A stretch of 16,170 bases of DNA, taken from the NCBI GenBank assembly GCA_043818055.1, contig JBDRGF010000137.1, positions 1-16,170 of the forward strand, in the 5' to 3' direction. Positions within the stretch are counted from its first letter, which is position 1; the number at the start of each line of letters is the position of its first letter. This document shows, piece by piece, positions 16,013 through 16,170 of the stretch. The translations under genes and the position numbers were made by a program. Source of the DNA: Pseudomonadota bacterium (lineage in GTDB: Bacteria; UBA10199; 2-02-FULL-44-16; JBDRGF01). The notes under the pieces are model-generated. The model saw only the letters and a list, made by a program, of their open reading frames with translations. It did no database searches and had not been told where the DNA came from.

Positions 16013-16117
16013 CCTTTTTCAAAAAAACAAGCAATTAACCGGCCAATCGGGTCAGGGATTTTGTGTAGGGAGGATGGGGAAATTGGTTGGGAGATTGTTT
16101 TTTTGGATTTCGATGGC

Positions 16118-16147
16118 AAGCCTTGTCAACCTTCTGACGAGGTTTTT
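16118..16147 (+). terminator. Probable intrinsic terminator
   Basis: AAGCCTTGTCA-ACCTTC-TGACGAGGTTTTT stem-loop (with G-U pairs) ending in a T run, ~105 nt after the TSP3 gene stop. Confidence 0.55.
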
Positions 16148-16170
16148 CTGATTAGAGGGTTGTTTTTTGA

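Noticed and set aside
16051..16070. GTCAGGGATTTTGTGTAGGG faintly resembling repeat X'
   Set aside because: Needs gaps and mismatches and has no flanking inverted arm.

Overview
Bacterial chromosomal window. Sigma54 promoters, Cys-TM-basic C-terminal sorting tails and nrdJ+thyX suggest a deltaproteobacterial/Myxococcota-like lineage (inference only). The left third is accessory: the 5' end of an IS1380-like transposase (minus strand, runs off the window) with its RBS inside a 15-bp inverted repeat; an unexplained 235-bp structure of two near-perfect 30-33 bp hairpins whose loops are reverse complements of each other; and a ~1430-aa orphan gene with a transglutaminase-like core, tightly bracketed by 26-bp direct repeats containing the sigma28 -10 box GCCGATAA. 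The middle is housekeeping: DUF116 protein, NrdR-box-preceded class II ribonucleotide reductase nrdJ, thyX, PAP2-family protein, NifU-like protein, queD and a pteridine-reductase-like SDR with an apparent 3' frameshift. The right end is a sigma54/IHF-preceded pair of secreted surface proteins, one with thrombospondin type-3 repeats. All calls come from reading the sequence; no searches were run.
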